A stretch of 64,000 nucleotides of DNA from an uncultured Chloroflexia bacterium (GCA_963776545.1 CAVZND010000007.1:8631-72630), one strand, 5' to 3'; counted from the stretch's first letter, positions 54,771 through 64,000 are shown. The notes: generated by a model not told the origin, from the letters alone. Translations and numbers: made by a program.

Positions 54771-57256
54771 CGGACGGTCCCCGTCAAGGACAGGTCGAAG
54801 CTGAAGCTGACACCATCACTGCGATCGTTGACGAACCTGACCAGGACGCTGCCTGACGTCGGGTCGACGTATCGGGTCGGCTCGGCGACGGCGTACCGTG
54901 CCCCACCCGCCAGGTGGGGGAGGCGGACCCAGGTGCCGTCGGTCAGGTCGAACAGCTCGACCTCGGGCAGCCCGTCGAAGTTGGCCACCACGCAGTCGGG
55001 CTTCGGCGGGTCCACGCACGCTTCGGGTATCGATGGGAGCGGCTCGAGCGTCGTGACTTGGTTCACCATCGGCATGTCCCCCCCGAAGTTCATGCCGACC
55101 GCCAGTTCCGTCGGCGCGAACGTCCCGGCGAACGAGATCGGCCGGTAGGCGAGGGTCGCACTGCCCTTTCCGAAGTTGATGCTGAAGGGATCCTTGCCGA
55201 AGAACGCCGCGCTGGCGTCGATGGTGCTCGAACGCAACAGGTCGCCTCGGAACGTGGTCTTGCCGCTGACCGCGATGTCGGCCGGCATGTAGTACAGGAT
55301 GTTGCCCGTCGCGCGCGGCTTCTGGCCGACGACGTCGACCGGCAGCAGGCTGCCCGAGCCCCAGGCGAGGATCACGGCGCCGTCGGTCTGCAACGAACCG
55401 GTCGAGCCCCAGTTGGGATCGAACGTCAGCTGGTCGATGATCGTGTGGCGGATGTACGCGTCGGTCATGTCGGGCGTCATCTGGCCCGTGTCCCCGAAGA
55501 ACATCGGCCCGACGACCTTGTCGGACAGCGGTTGGCCGAACGGGATCGGCGCCATGCCGACGTCGACCGACGCCTCGGCGCCGGCAGCCAGGTCGTTGAG
55601 CGTGGCGACGGTGCCGCCGAGGACGACGACCGGCTTCTGGAGCACGACGCTCGAGGCGTTCTTGACGGTGCCCTTGAGTCGCCCGTCGACCAGTCGGAGA
55701 TCGGCCTGGACCAGGGGCACGGTGACCGCCGTCTCCGCGCGGATCGTCCGCAGCGAGCCGAAGCCGACCGCCAGATCGCGCACCTTCGCGGGGTCGCCCT
55801 GCAGGACGTCGAGGGCCGAGGCGGTCCCGTCGCCACCGAAGAAGTCACCGCTGATCGGGGCCGACAGCAGGGCGCCGCCGGGGACCTGCACCTGGTAGGT
55901 GCTCCGCGACGGCGAGAAGACGCCGATGTAGACCTGGGCCGTGCCGTCCGTGGCCCCCGGCGCCCCGCGGACGACCGCGACCTCGTTGACCAGCACCTCG
56001 CTGCCACGCAGTAACGCGCCATAGCCGTATGCCCCGACGGCGAAGACGCCGATGAGCGCAGGCATCGTGATCCACGCCCAGTCGCGCCGGTCCATGCGCC
56101 GGAGGACGATGTAGTTGATCGGGCCGACGAGCAGGATGTAGGCGGCCAGCAGGCCGATGAGGCCGCCGATCGGCGGGAGGGCCAGCGCCGGCAGCTGGGA
56201 GACGGCCCCGACGAGCTGGCTGTCGTCGCCGATCACTGGTCCGACCGACGAACGGGCCGGGAGCAATCGGCGCCACAGGGACTCGCCGGCGGCGCCGTCG
56301 GCGATCCACTTGGTCGTCGGATCGAAGCCGACTACCGTCACCGCGCCGTTGCCATACCCCCGTTCTGCGGCGACGACGCGCCCGCCGGTGGTCACGAGCG
56401 GACGGCCGCCGAGCAGCTCCCCGCCGAGCGCCGGCAGGTCGGCGGTCCCCGCCGGTGCGTTGCCAAGCAGGCCGGTCAGCGATGCGGGCGGGACGTCGAT
56501 CGTGGCCGTCGGCCGGTAGGGCAGGAGCAGGTCCGGGAAAGCGGACAGGCTGTTCGGGCCGGCGGTGCCGCCGACGATCACGAACCGCCCACCGCCGGCG
56601 ACCCACCCGCGCAGGGAGGCGAGCTGTGGCGCGGTAAGCCGGTTCGAATCCTGGTCCTGCCACACCAGGCGATCGAGGCCGCCCCACGCCTCCACCCGCT
56701 CCGGCAGGTCTTCCGGGTCGAGGGGCACGATGACCGGCGCGAGCTGGTTCTGGTTGGGCAGCAGGTCGATCCCGCCCACGATGTCGCCCGGGCGCTCGGC
56801 CACGACCCCGACGATGAGTTGGGTCCCGTCGTGGACCTTGAACGGGACCTTGGTCTTCGCGATCACCTCGTCGCCGTCGACGAGCGCGACTTCGAGTTCC
56901 CGCCCGAAGGCCGGCGGCTGGGCGTACAGGAGGAACGTCTTGTCCGAGAGGGTCGGGAGGTCCACGACCTGTCCGAACCTCGTCCGGCCTTGGGCGCCGC
57001 CGGACATCCGCAACTCGCCCGCGACCGCGGGTCCGTCGTTCTTCATGTGGACCGAGATGGCCATCCACGAGCCGACGCGCACGTGTCCGTCGAGCAGGGC
57101 CTGGGCCTCCATCGTCAAGCCCTCGGCCGCGAGCGCCGGAGCGGGGAGCAGACCGGCTGCGATCACGAGGAACGCGGCGGCGACCAGCGGGCGGATCGGC
57201 CCGCGAGGGGAATGACTGATGGCGTCGGCCTGGCCTGAGCGGGGTAGGAGGCGCAC
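54767..57256 (-). CDS. 829-aa exported/membrane protein of unknown function (first gene of the ABC-MoxR-VWA operon)
   Basis: GTG 57256 follows GGAGA (start uncertain; the track ORF runs to 57523). Signal-like AAAFLVIAAGLLPAPALA-AEG. Segment LASLRGWVAGGGRFVIVGG resembles amidotransferase-like ABC accessory domains. Central TM helices (LIGLLAAYILLVGPINYIVL, ITMPALIGVFAVGAYGYG) and a large beta-rich C-terminal region. Confidence 0.8.
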   Translation of the reverse strand: MRLLPRSGQADAISHSPRGPIRPLVAAAFLVIAAGLLPAPALAAEGLTMEAQALLDGHVRVGSWMAISVHMKNDGPAVAGELRMSGGAQGRTRFGQVVDLPTLSDKTFLLYAQPPAFGRELEVALVDGDEVIAKTKVPFKVHDGTQLIVGVVAERPGDIVGGIDLLPNQNQLAPVIVPLDPEDLPERVEAWGGLDRLVWQDQDSNRLTAPQLASLRGWVAGGGRFVIVGGTAGPNSLSAFPDLLLPYRPTATIDVPPASLTGLLGNAPAGTADLPALGGELLGGRPLVTTGGRVVAAERGYGNGAVTVVGFDPTTKWIADGAAGESLWRRLLPARSSVGPVIGDDSQLVGAVSQLPALALPPIGGLIGLLAAYILLVGPINYIVLRRMDRRDWAWITMPALIGVFAVGAYGYGALLRGSEVLVNEVAVVRGAPGATDGTAQVYIGVFSPSRSTYQVQVPGGALLSAPISGDFFGGDGTASALDVLQGDPAKVRDLAVGFGSLRTIRAETAVTVPLVQADLRLVDGRLKGTVKNASSVVLQKPVVVLGGTVATLNDLAAGAEASVDVGMAPIPFGQPLSDKVVGPMFFGDTGQMTPDMTDAYIRHTIIDQLTFDPNWGSTGSLQTDGAVILAWGSGSLLPVDVVGQKPRATGNILYYMPADIAVSGKTTFRGDLLRSSTIDASAAFFGKDPFSINFGKGSATLAYRPISFAGTFAPTELAVGMNFGGDMPMVNQVTTLEPLPSIPEACVDPPKPDCVVANFDGLPEVELFDLTDGTWVRLPHLAGGARYAVAEPTRYVDPTSGSVLVRFVNDRSDGVSFSFDLSLTGTVR

Positions 57257-57441
57257 GAAGTCTCCGCGAGGGTCGGCTGCGATGGTCGGAGCAAGGACGC
57301 CTTGCCCCGGGGGAAAGTTGCGTGGAGGGCGTGCGCGACGCAGGGAGGCCCCGAGACGGCTGGTCGCGCCGCCGCCGCTCGTATCGTACGATGCCATCGT
57401 CCCGCAGCCGTCGGCCCGCGTGCCGCCCTCCTGAAGGTCCT

Positions 57442-58761
57442 GTGCCCGAGATCCGTCCGTTTCGCGCATTGCGCTTCGATCCGACCAGCATCGACGACCT
57501 CGCCGCGGTCGTCGCGCCGCCATACGACGTGATCGGGCCGGAGGAGCACGTGCGTCTCCTGGCCCGCCACCCCGACAATGTCGTCCGGCTGGACCTGCCC
57601 GAGGATGTCCAGGGCGACGAGCCCGATGACCGCTATCGGCGGGCGGCCCGGACCCTGGCTGCCTGGCGATCGGGCGGCATCCTGCGCAAGGATCCGCATC
57701 CGTCGATCTACGTCTACGAACAGACCTATCGCGTCCCCGGCACTGATGTCACGCGGACCCAGCGAGGCTTCTTCGCACGCCTCCGGCTCGAGCCGTTCGG
57801 ACCCGCGGCCGGCGTGCTGCCGCACGAGCGGACCCTGTCAGGGCCCAGGGAGGACCGTTACAAGCTCCTGCGAGCGACCGGCGTGAACACGAGTCCCGTC
57901 GTCGGCCTGTACGAGGATCGCAGCGGCGCGGTCCGGGATCGACTCTCGGCATGGGCCGCGGGGCCCGCCGAGATGGACGTGGCCGACGACGACGGAACCC
58001 GCCATCGGCTGTGGGCAGTGCCCGCCGACGGGGAGCAGGCCGAGGCGGTGACCGCGCTGTTGACGGCCGTCTCCACGGGTCCGATCACCATCGCCGACGG
58101 GCATCATCGCTACGAGACCGCGCTCCGGTATCGCGACGAGCGACGGATGAGCCGCTCGTGCGAGGAGGACCCGGCCTTCGACTACCTCCTCATGTCCTTC
58201 CTTCCCTCGACCGGCGAACCGCTCACGGTCCTGCCCACGCACCGGGTGGTCCATGGCCTGGGTGACGTGGCGCCCGACGCCCTGTTTGCCCAGGTGGGCG
58301 AGCTGTTCGACATCGAGCGCGACGTCCCTGCGGCGGAACTCCGTCGGCAGTTCGAGGCGGCCGCGCTCGTTCAGGGTGGCAACGGCCGGTTCGGGCTGTG
58401 GAGCCGTGCCGGCGGTGCCCGCCTGACGGCCCGCCGCGATGCGTTCCGGCCACTGCTGACCGAGGGCGGGCAGGCCGTGCGCGAGCTCGACGTGACCCTG
58501 CTCGGCGTCACGCTGGCTCGGTTGGGGATCGGTGCCGACGCGGTCGAGGCGGGGGCGGTGAGCTACACGAAGTCGGTCGCGGAGGCGATCGACTGCGTCG
58601 ACGCCGACCGGGATGGCGCATCGGTCGCCTTCCTGCTCGAGCCGACCCCGGTCGCCTCGATCGAGGCCGTCGCACGCGACGGCGACGTGATGCCCCAGAA
58701 ATCGACCTACTTCTACCCGAAGGCCCTGACCGGCCTCGTCATCAACCCGCACGAATGGTGA
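57442..58761 (+). CDS. DUF1015-family protein
   Basis: GTG start. Hallmark N-terminus IRPFRALRFDP...VVAPPYDVI, then LPHERTLSGPREDR and IADGHHRYETAL. Confidence 0.87.
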   Translation: MPEIRPFRALRFDPTSIDDLAAVVAPPYDVIGPEEHVRLLARHPDNVVRLDLPEDVQGDEPDDRYRRAARTLAAWRSGGILRKDPHPSIYVYEQTYRVPGTDVTRTQRGFFARLRLEPFGPAAGVLPHERTLSGPREDRYKLLRATGVNTSPVVGLYEDRSGAVRDRLSAWAAGPAEMDVADDDGTRHRLWAVPADGEQAEAVTALLTAVSTGPITIADGHHRYETALRYRDERRMSRSCEEDPAFDYLLMSFLPSTGEPLTVLPTHRVVHGLGDVAPDALFAQVGELFDIERDVPAAELRRQFEAAALVQGGNGRFGLWSRAGGARLTARRDAFRPLLTEGGQAVRELDVTLLGVTLARLGIGADAVEAGAVSYTKSVAEAIDCVDADRDGASVAFLLEPTPVASIEAVARDGDVMPQKSTYFYPKALTGLVINPHEW

Positions 58762-59645
58762 GCCCGTTGCCCGACCAGACCCCCGACTCGATCCTCGCCC
58801 AGGCCCAGCTCCCGCCGATCAACGGACGCCCGGTCCGCAAGGACGAGATCGAGCTCCACGACCGCGGGCTGTACATCGAATCGTGGCTGCCCGAGCGTCG
58901 GTCGCGTCGCAAGCCCCTCCTGTTCGTGCACGGTGAGCTGACGGGCTCGTGGCTGTGGGAGCGCTATCTGGGCTACTTCGCCGGGCGCGGCTGGGAGGGG
59001 CACGCCCTGAACCTGCGCAACCACCACTGGTCGCAGACCGCCGATCCGGCACAGCTCTCCTTCGACACGTACACGGAGGACGTCGTCTGCGCGCTCGAGC
59101 GGCTCGGGCCGTCGACCGTGATCGTCGGCCACGGCATGGGCGGGCTCCTGGCACTCAAGGCCGCCGAACGGATGCCGATCAGCGGCATCATCCTGATCGG
59201 CCCGGAACTGCCACGCGACCTGCGGCCGCCGGCCCGGCCGTACGAGCTTCGCGAGGTCCCCGAGGCGTACGGCCGGTCGCTCATCGGCTGGGAGACACTC
59301 CCCGAGCGACTGGTCCGCGACCATCGCGACCTGTCGCTGGCCGACGTCCTGCGCATCCAGCACCTGCTCGGCCAGAAACCGCACGAAGCCGGCGCGTCTC
59401 GCCGCCAGGTGCTGGCCGGTGTGCGGGTCGATCGGCGGGGTGTCGAGGCCGTCCCGCGCCTCGTCATCGGGGGCGGCCTGGACCGGACCGTGAACGTCGA
59501 CGACACCGAGCGGCTGGCCGAGTGGCTCGACGCCGAATTCGAGCCGTTCGGCGCCCATTCGCACTACGGCATGGTCATCGGCGAGCACAGCTTCCAGCAG
59601 GTCGCCGAGGCCGTTCGCGGGTTTCTCGAAACGCATCGCCTCTGA
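58755..59645 (+). CDS. Alpha/beta hydrolase
   Basis: ATG overlaps the DUF1015 stop by 7 nt. LLFVHGE, nucleophile elbow GHGMGG, and C-terminal His region GAHSHYGM. Confidence 0.8.
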   Translation: MVSPLPDQTPDSILAQAQLPPINGRPVRKDEIELHDRGLYIESWLPERRSRRKPLLFVHGELTGSWLWERYLGYFAGRGWEGHALNLRNHHWSQTADPAQLSFDTYTEDVVCALERLGPSTVIVGHGMGGLLALKAAERMPISGIILIGPELPRDLRPPARPYELREVPEAYGRSLIGWETLPERLVRDHRDLSLADVLRIQHLLGQKPHEAGASRRQVLAGVRVDRRGVEAVPRLVIGGGLDRTVNVDDTERLAEWLDAEFEPFGAHSHYGMVIGEHSFQQVAEAVRGFLETHRL

Positions 59646-59713
59646 GGGCCGCGAGGGCCTCGTCTGGTATCATCCCGACCGGCCGGGCGGTCCCGTCGCC
59701 CGCGCCACTTCGT

Positions 59714-59790
59714 GCCGCATTCGTCTAGAGGCCCAGGACACCGCCCTCTCAAGGCGGAGATCACCGGTTCGAATCCGGTATGCGGTACCA
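59714..59790 (+). tRNA. tRNA-Glu (anticodon CTC), CCA encoded
   Basis: Cloverleaf by eye: acceptor GCCGCAT/ATGCGGT, D-arm GTCTAGAGGCCCAGGAC (identical to the classic tRNA-Glu D-arm), anticodon arm CCGCC-CTCTCAA-GGCGG, T-arm ACCGG-TTCGAAT-CCGGT, then discriminator A and CCA. Confidence 0.95.
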
Positions 59791-59839
59791 GCAACGTCCC
59801 TGACCCATCGAAGCGTCGAGCGCAGACGGTCGTGCAGCG

Positions 59840-60277
59840 ATGTCGGTCCGATCCTCCGTTGGCCTCGCGCTCCGCGCGTCCAGCCCAGCCTCATACCTGA
59901 CGGCCGCCTGGCTCCTGATCGTCCTGGGCGCCTGCTCGCCGGTGGCGAGCGCGTCCCTGACGACGATCAGCGCGGGCCTCGGGCTGGCCGCCTCGTCGTC
60001 GGGCGTCTGTGAGGCGATCGCCGCGCTGCCGGACGTGTCCGCGGCACAGCGTGCCTTCACCAACGTGGCGCACGATGCCTTGCATGGCTTGGCCGCCGAC
60101 CCTCGCCTGGACCGCCCCATGTCGGCGCGCGTCCTCGAGGCGATGCAGAAGGTCGAGGCCGACTTCGAACAGCCGTCCGGAGTGGCGGTGCTGACCGGGG
60201 ACCTGACGGCGCTCCGAGCGTCGGCGGATGCGGCACTGCAGGCGCTGGGTGAGGCGGTCCCGGCATGCACGGGGTGA
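59840..60277 (+). CDS. Lipoprotein, helical, unknown function
   Basis: Lipobox IVLGAC-S. The remainder is Ala/Leu-rich helical sequence. Overlaps the next gene by 13 nt. Confidence 0.6.
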   Translation: MSVRSSVGLALRASSPASYLTAAWLLIVLGACSPVASASLTTISAGLGLAASSSGVCEAIAALPDVSAAQRAFTNVAHDALHGLAADPRLDRPMSARVLEAMQKVEADFEQPSGVAVLTGDLTALRASADAALQALGEAVPACTG

Positions 60278-61254
60278 CGAGGGTATCGCGGCAGCTCCGC
60301 TGGTCCGCCGTTATCGTGTCGCTCGGGCTGTCCCTCGCCGCCTGCGGCGATCCGACACAGACACCGACGTCCACGCCGTCTGTCGAGGGCCTCGGGATCG
60401 TCGCCGAGGTCGCCAGCTACCAGCTCGTCGCGGATCGACCCGGCCGCCTGCTTGTCGCCCTCCTGACCGCGGACGATCGGTGGCTCAGCTTCGGCAGCGT
60501 CGGCGTGCGCTTCAGCTACCTTGGGGACGGGGCCGCGACGGCTCCCCCGGACGCCGTGGTGCCCGATACGACGGCCCGGTTCCTGCCGATCCCGGGGTCG
60601 CCCGAGGGCGACGGCCAGACGGCGACCCTGACGTTCGCCGCGGACGGACGTGGCGTCTACGCGGTCGACCCGATCACGTTTCCGACGCCTGGGTACTGGC
60701 AGGTCACCGCCGCCGGTGAGCTCAAGGACGGCTCGCCATTCAGCAGCGACGCGGCCTTCACGGTGCTCGATTCGCCGAAGGTCGTCGGTGTCGGAGCGCT
60801 CGCGCCGCGATCGGCGAATCCGGTGATGGGCGATCCGGGCGTTGCGCCCCAGGCGATCGATTCTCGCGCCGCAGGCGGCGAAGCGATCCCCGATCCCGCC
60901 CTCCATCGGGTCTCGATCGCGGACGCGATCGCAGCGGGGCACCCGGCGCTCGTGGTCTTCTCGACGCCGGTCTATTGCGTCAGCCGCTTCTGCGGTCCCG
61001 TCACCGACGTCGTAGCGGAGCTGGCCGCGGACTATGGCGACCGGGCCGACTTCATCCACGTCGAGATCTACCGGGACTTCGAGGCCAACGAGGTGAACCA
61101 GGCCGCGCGTGATTGGCTGATGACGGCCGACGGCGATCTCCGCGAGCCGTGGACGTTCCTGATCGGAGCCGACGGACGGATCGCCGCCTCCTGGGACACC
61201 ATCGTGACGCGTGACGAGATCGAGCCCTTGCTCATGGCGCTACCCGCCAAGTAG
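60265..61254 (+). CDS. Lipoprotein with N-terminal Ig-like domain and C-terminal thioredoxin-fold (TlpA/SCO-like) domain
   Basis: Lipobox LSLAAC-G. C-terminal ALVVFSTPVYCVSRFCGPV followed by a Trx-fold pattern. The alternative GTG 60274 would give a GTGA overlap with the upstream stop. Confidence 0.75.
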   Translation: MHGVTRVSRQLRWSAVIVSLGLSLAACGDPTQTPTSTPSVEGLGIVAEVASYQLVADRPGRLLVALLTADDRWLSFGSVGVRFSYLGDGAATAPPDAVVPDTTARFLPIPGSPEGDGQTATLTFAADGRGVYAVDPITFPTPGYWQVTAAGELKDGSPFSSDAAFTVLDSPKVVGVGALAPRSANPVMGDPGVAPQAIDSRAAGGEAIPDPALHRVSIADAIAAGHPALVVFSTPVYCVSRFCGPVTDVVAELAADYGDRADFIHVEIYRDFEANEVNQAARDWLMTADGDLREPWTFLIGADGRIAASWDTIVTRDEIEPLLMALPAK

Positions 61255-61277
61255 CGCCCGCGGCGATGCGGGACGCG

Positions 61278-61931
61278 TCAGGACGCGATGATCGTCCGCA
61301 GGTGCTCTTCCATGAGCTGCCTGTTCATCTGGCCGAGGTAGCGGTCCCTGATCGTGCCGTTGCCATCCAGGAAGAGGTGCGACGGCAGGCCCCACCCTCC
61401 ATACAGGTCGCGGACCGCAGCCCGGGGATCGAGCCCGATGGAATAGTCCAGACCCAGCCCGAGGGTGTATTTGCGGACGGCCGCCGCCGGCTCCTGGATG
61501 TCGATGGCGAGCACTGCCAGGTCGTCGCCCCGGTGGGCGTGGTACAGGTCGCGGATGTCCGGCGCTTCCAGCTGGCACGGGGTGCACCACGTCGCCCAGA
61601 ACACGATCCAGAGCGGTTTGCCGGCGAAGTCATGGAGCCGGATCGGGTTGCCGTCGAGATCCAGCAGGAGTGGTTCGGTGCCGCTGGCAGCTACGAAGTC
61701 CGGAGCCGTCTCACCGATCCCGACGCCTCGTGCCTCATGGCCGATCGCGCCGCCGGTGTCGAACGTCGGCAGGGAGGCCGGCGGGTCGCCGAAGGGCTGC
61801 GTCGAGACGTAGGCTGCCGCAGTCACGATGGCCAGCAGGCCCAGAGCCGCGCCGAACCGCCTCGTCCACCGACGCGCGCTCACCGTACGGTCAGCGGAGT
61901 CCGACAGATGTCCGGTCGGCAGTTCCTGCAT
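61278..61931 (-). CDS. TlpA/ResA-like thiol-disulfide oxidoreductase (membrane-anchored)
   Basis: N-terminal TM helix and thioredoxin motif IVFWATWCTPCQLE. Confidence 0.88.
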   Translation of the reverse strand: MQELPTGHLSDSADRTVSARRWTRRFGAALGLLAIVTAAAYVSTQPFGDPPASLPTFDTGGAIGHEARGVGIGETAPDFVAASGTEPLLLDLDGNPIRLHDFAGKPLWIVFWATWCTPCQLEAPDIRDLYHAHRGDDLAVLAIDIQEPAAAVRKYTLGLGLDYSIGLDPRAAVRDLYGGWGLPSHLFLDGNGTIRDRYLGQMNRQLMEEHLRTIIAS

Positions 61932-61969
61932 CGCCCAGATGCTAGCCGCTGGCGGATGCTGGCGGGGGC

Positions 61970-62611
61970 CTAGGTCTCGTCGTAGATCAGGTGGTGCTCC
62001 ACCGCGTATCGCGTCAGCGCGACCCGGCCGTGGACGCCGACCTTGGACGCCATGTTCGAGAGGTGGCGCCTGACCGTGTGGGCGCTGATCCCGAGGGCTC
62101 GGCCGGTCTCGGCGGCGGTGCGTCCGGCGGTGACCAGCCGCAGGACCTCGATCTCGCGAGGGCTGAGGCGATCCGCGTGCCGCAGCCAGCGCAGCGAGTC
62201 GACGACGACGACCGAGGCCACCACCGGATGGACGTAATGCTGGTTGTTGGCGACCGCGCGGAGCGCCGTAACCAGGTCGGAACTGGCAGCACCCTTGACG
62301 ACGTATCCCGCCGCCCCGGCCAGGAACGCCTGTCGCACGGTCTCCTCGTGGTGATGCATCGTGACCGCGATCACCCGGATCTTCGGATTTCGCCGCGTGA
62401 GGTCTTCGATGAGCGCGACACCGTCCGAGTCGTCGAGGGTCAGGTCCACGAGCATGATCTGTGGCTCCTGCAGCGCCGCCAGCGCGAGTGCGCCAGCAGG
62501 GTCACTCGCCTCGCCGACGACGTCCATGTCGGGCTGTGCGCCGAGGATCAGCCGCAGGCCTTCGCGGACGAGGGCGTGGTCATCGACGATGCCGATCCGG
62601 ATGGGCGTCAT
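61970..62611 (-). CDS. NarL/FixJ-family response regulator
   Basis: Receiver motifs (IGIVDDH, IMLVDLTLDDSDG, VTMH) plus a LuxR HTH (LSPREIEVLRLVTAGRTAAETGRALGISAHTVRRHLSNM). ATG overlaps the kinase stop (ATGA). Confidence 0.93.
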   Translation of the reverse strand: MTPIRIGIVDDHALVREGLRLILGAQPDMDVVGEASDPAGALALAALQEPQIMLVDLTLDDSDGVALIEDLTRRNPKIRVIAVTMHHHEETVRQAFLAGAAGYVVKGAASSDLVTALRAVANNQHYVHPVVASVVVVDSLRWLRHADRLSPREIEVLRLVTAGRTAAETGRALGISAHTVRRHLSNMASKVGVHGRVALTRYAVEHHLIYDET

Positions 62612-63738
62612 GGAGCGGCCACGGAAGCGGCGAGGAGGGGGATGGAAACCGTCACGCGGGTTCCGGCTTGCGGTGCCGATTCGATCCAGATCTGTCCGCC
62701 GAGGAGGCGCGACCGCTCCAGCATCCCGGCGAGGCCGATGCCCGACTCCGGGACCTTGGCGGGATCGAAGCCGTGTCCCTCGTCGACCACGACCACCTTC
62801 AATCGCTCGTCCTCCTGCGTGATCGACACGAGGGCACCCGGAGCGCCACTGTGGCGGGCCGCGTTCGCCAAGGCTTCCTGGATGATGCGATAGACCTCCA
62901 CCGTCGCCGTCGGGCCGAGGAGGTTCGAACCACTGGCGGCCTCGTCGGCCTCGACGACGACCCGGAAGCCGGACTGCGATGCCAGGTCGCGGACCGCCGC
63001 GACCAGCCCTCGCTCCTCGAGGCGGGTCGGTCGGATCCGGTGCGAGAGGTCGCGCGTCCCGGCCAGCGCCGCATCGGCCAGGGTTCGAGCGGAGGCGACA
63101 CGCTGGCGCGCGACCGCCGGATCGGTTTCGGCCCCGGCCGCGTCAAGCGTCAGCGTCAGGGCCGTCAAGACCTGGCCCACGCCGTCGTGAAGCTCGCCCG
63201 CGATCCGCCGTCGCTCGTCCTCTTCGACCGTGAGGAGCCGCTCGCTCGCGCTTCGAAACAGGGTCGCGTAGCGACGAGATGTCGAGGCGCGCTTCTCGGC
63301 CATCCACGCGACCAGCCCCGCGATGACGAACATGAGCGGCCACTCTGTCAGCTCGAGCGGCGGCATATCCATCCCGAATGCCCTCGCGTCTGCATACAGG
63401 AGCAGCGGGACCGATACCAGCCCGATTCGCAGGAGGGTGCCGCGCAGCCCGAACAGGAACGCGTGCAGCACCAGCAGCACGAAGACGCAATGGAACAGGA
63501 ACTCCGCCGACAGCGGGGAATGGACGTACGCCAGGAAGATGAACCCGATCCCTAGGAGGTCGAGGCCCGCCTGGATGACTCGAGGATGCTTCCCGAGCTC
63601 GATGGCCCCTGGTCCGGCTCGCCACCACCATCGAACCGGGTTGACATCGTCGAGGATGGCGCGCGGTTCCTGGGGGACCGAAGCGACGTCGCCCGTCGCT
63701 GGGGTCGTGTACGACGGAGTGGTCAACGGTGACTCCAA
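62608..63738 (-). CDS. Sensor histidine kinase (HisKA_3/NarX-type)
   Basis: Multi-TM N-terminus, H-box RRRIAGELHDGVGQ, and HATPase_c (QEALANAARH, DEGHGF, IGLAGMLER). The track start at 63738 is TTG, so the exact start is uncertain. Confidence 0.87.
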   Translation of the reverse strand: MESPLTTPSYTTPATGDVASVPQEPRAILDDVNPVRWWWRAGPGAIELGKHPRVIQAGLDLLGIGFIFLAYVHSPLSAEFLFHCVFVLLVLHAFLFGLRGTLLRIGLVSVPLLLYADARAFGMDMPPLELTEWPLMFVIAGLVAWMAEKRASTSRRYATLFRSASERLLTVEEDERRRIAGELHDGVGQVLTALTLTLDAAGAETDPAVARQRVASARTLADAALAGTRDLSHRIRPTRLEERGLVAAVRDLASQSGFRVVVEADEAASGSNLLGPTATVEVYRIIQEALANAARHSGAPGALVSITQEDERLKVVVVDEGHGFDPAKVPESGIGLAGMLERSRLLGGQIWIESAPQAGTRVTVSIPLLAASVAAP

Positions 63739-63848
63739 GAATGGCTCGTTGCGAGTATAGGAGTGGGCGCAACAGGCACCGATGATGACGCCGCCGCTAG
63801 GCAGACGCGCCGTCGGCGCGCGTGCCCCGGCATGGAGGAGGGAGCAGC

Positions 63849-64000
63849 ATGAGCCTACGACGCGTCTTTGTGCTCCTGGCCGTCGGTGGCCTGTTGACCG
63901 CTTGCTCAGGCAGCACGTCCTCGGCGTCCACCGCTTTCGACGGGACGATCAATGCCACCTTGAAGGAGTGGCAGATCAACCTCAGCTCGACCTCCGTCCC
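63849..64000 (+). CDS. Lipoprotein, 5' fragment (continues past window end)
   Basis: SD GGAGGAGGGAG before ATG 63849. MSLRRVFVLLAVGGLLTAC-SG lipobox. Too short to assign a family. Confidence 0.5.
   Translation, partial: MSLRRVFVLLAVGGLLTACSGSTSSASTAFDGTINATLKEWQINLSSTSV

Noticed and set aside
59646-59840. tRNA-Glu as an integration site marking a genomic island.
   Set aside because: No integrase or recombinase gene, no phage or plasmid genes, and no repeat of the tRNA 3' end that I could spot by eye in the flanking kilobases.

Overview
High-GC (roughly 70%) chromosomal segment that looks actinobacterial or Chloroflexi-like. It is densely coding, with no rRNA, CRISPR array, transposase or integrase visible. 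All calls come from reading the supplied translations, my own reverse-strand translations and motif recognition; no database search was run.

Gene content in order:
- Rieske/cytochrome b operon headed by a cupredoxin-like lipoprotein.
- OmpR-type two-component pair, an odd Cys/His-bearing pseudo-receiver, and a LAL (ATPase-TPR-LuxR) regulator.
- Housekeeping enzymes: AcuI-like reductase, MBL hydrolase, lipase-like hydrolase, ACT protein.
- TPP riboswitch controlling a ThiY/ThiX-like importer.
- Glycosyltransferase, aldehyde dehydrogenase, maltokinase, F420/LLM oxidoreductase, MutY, NAD(P)HX epimerase, GlpD.
- Double zinc-ribbon Gly/Tyr-rich protein.
- Slightly lower-GC block with a TPR lipoprotein and a 1113-aa pseudo-cyclase/NB-ARC/TPR/C-terminal-SARP regulator.
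- plsY, then an lpd-E1alpha-E1beta-E2-epimerase-lipA cluster.
- Adenosine-deaminase-like gene, a SufR-like regulator paired with an acyl-CoA dehydrogenase, and a sortase-like protein.
- A 13.8-kb eight-gene, translationally coupled operon joining an ABC-2 exporter and two giant envelope proteins to a MoxR-DUF58-VWA module. This is my best candidate for an uncharacterised system.
- DUF1015, tRNA-Glu(CUC), and an envelope thiol-redox cluster with a NarL-type two-component system.

Other notable observations:
- Apparent indel damage in three genes: lpd, the epimerase and a GNAT-like gene.
- An array of TTGCAC-N3-GTGCAA palindromes between convergent genes.
- A Shine-Dalgarno (SD)-sequestering leader hairpin.
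- A coding (GQ)n microsatellite.
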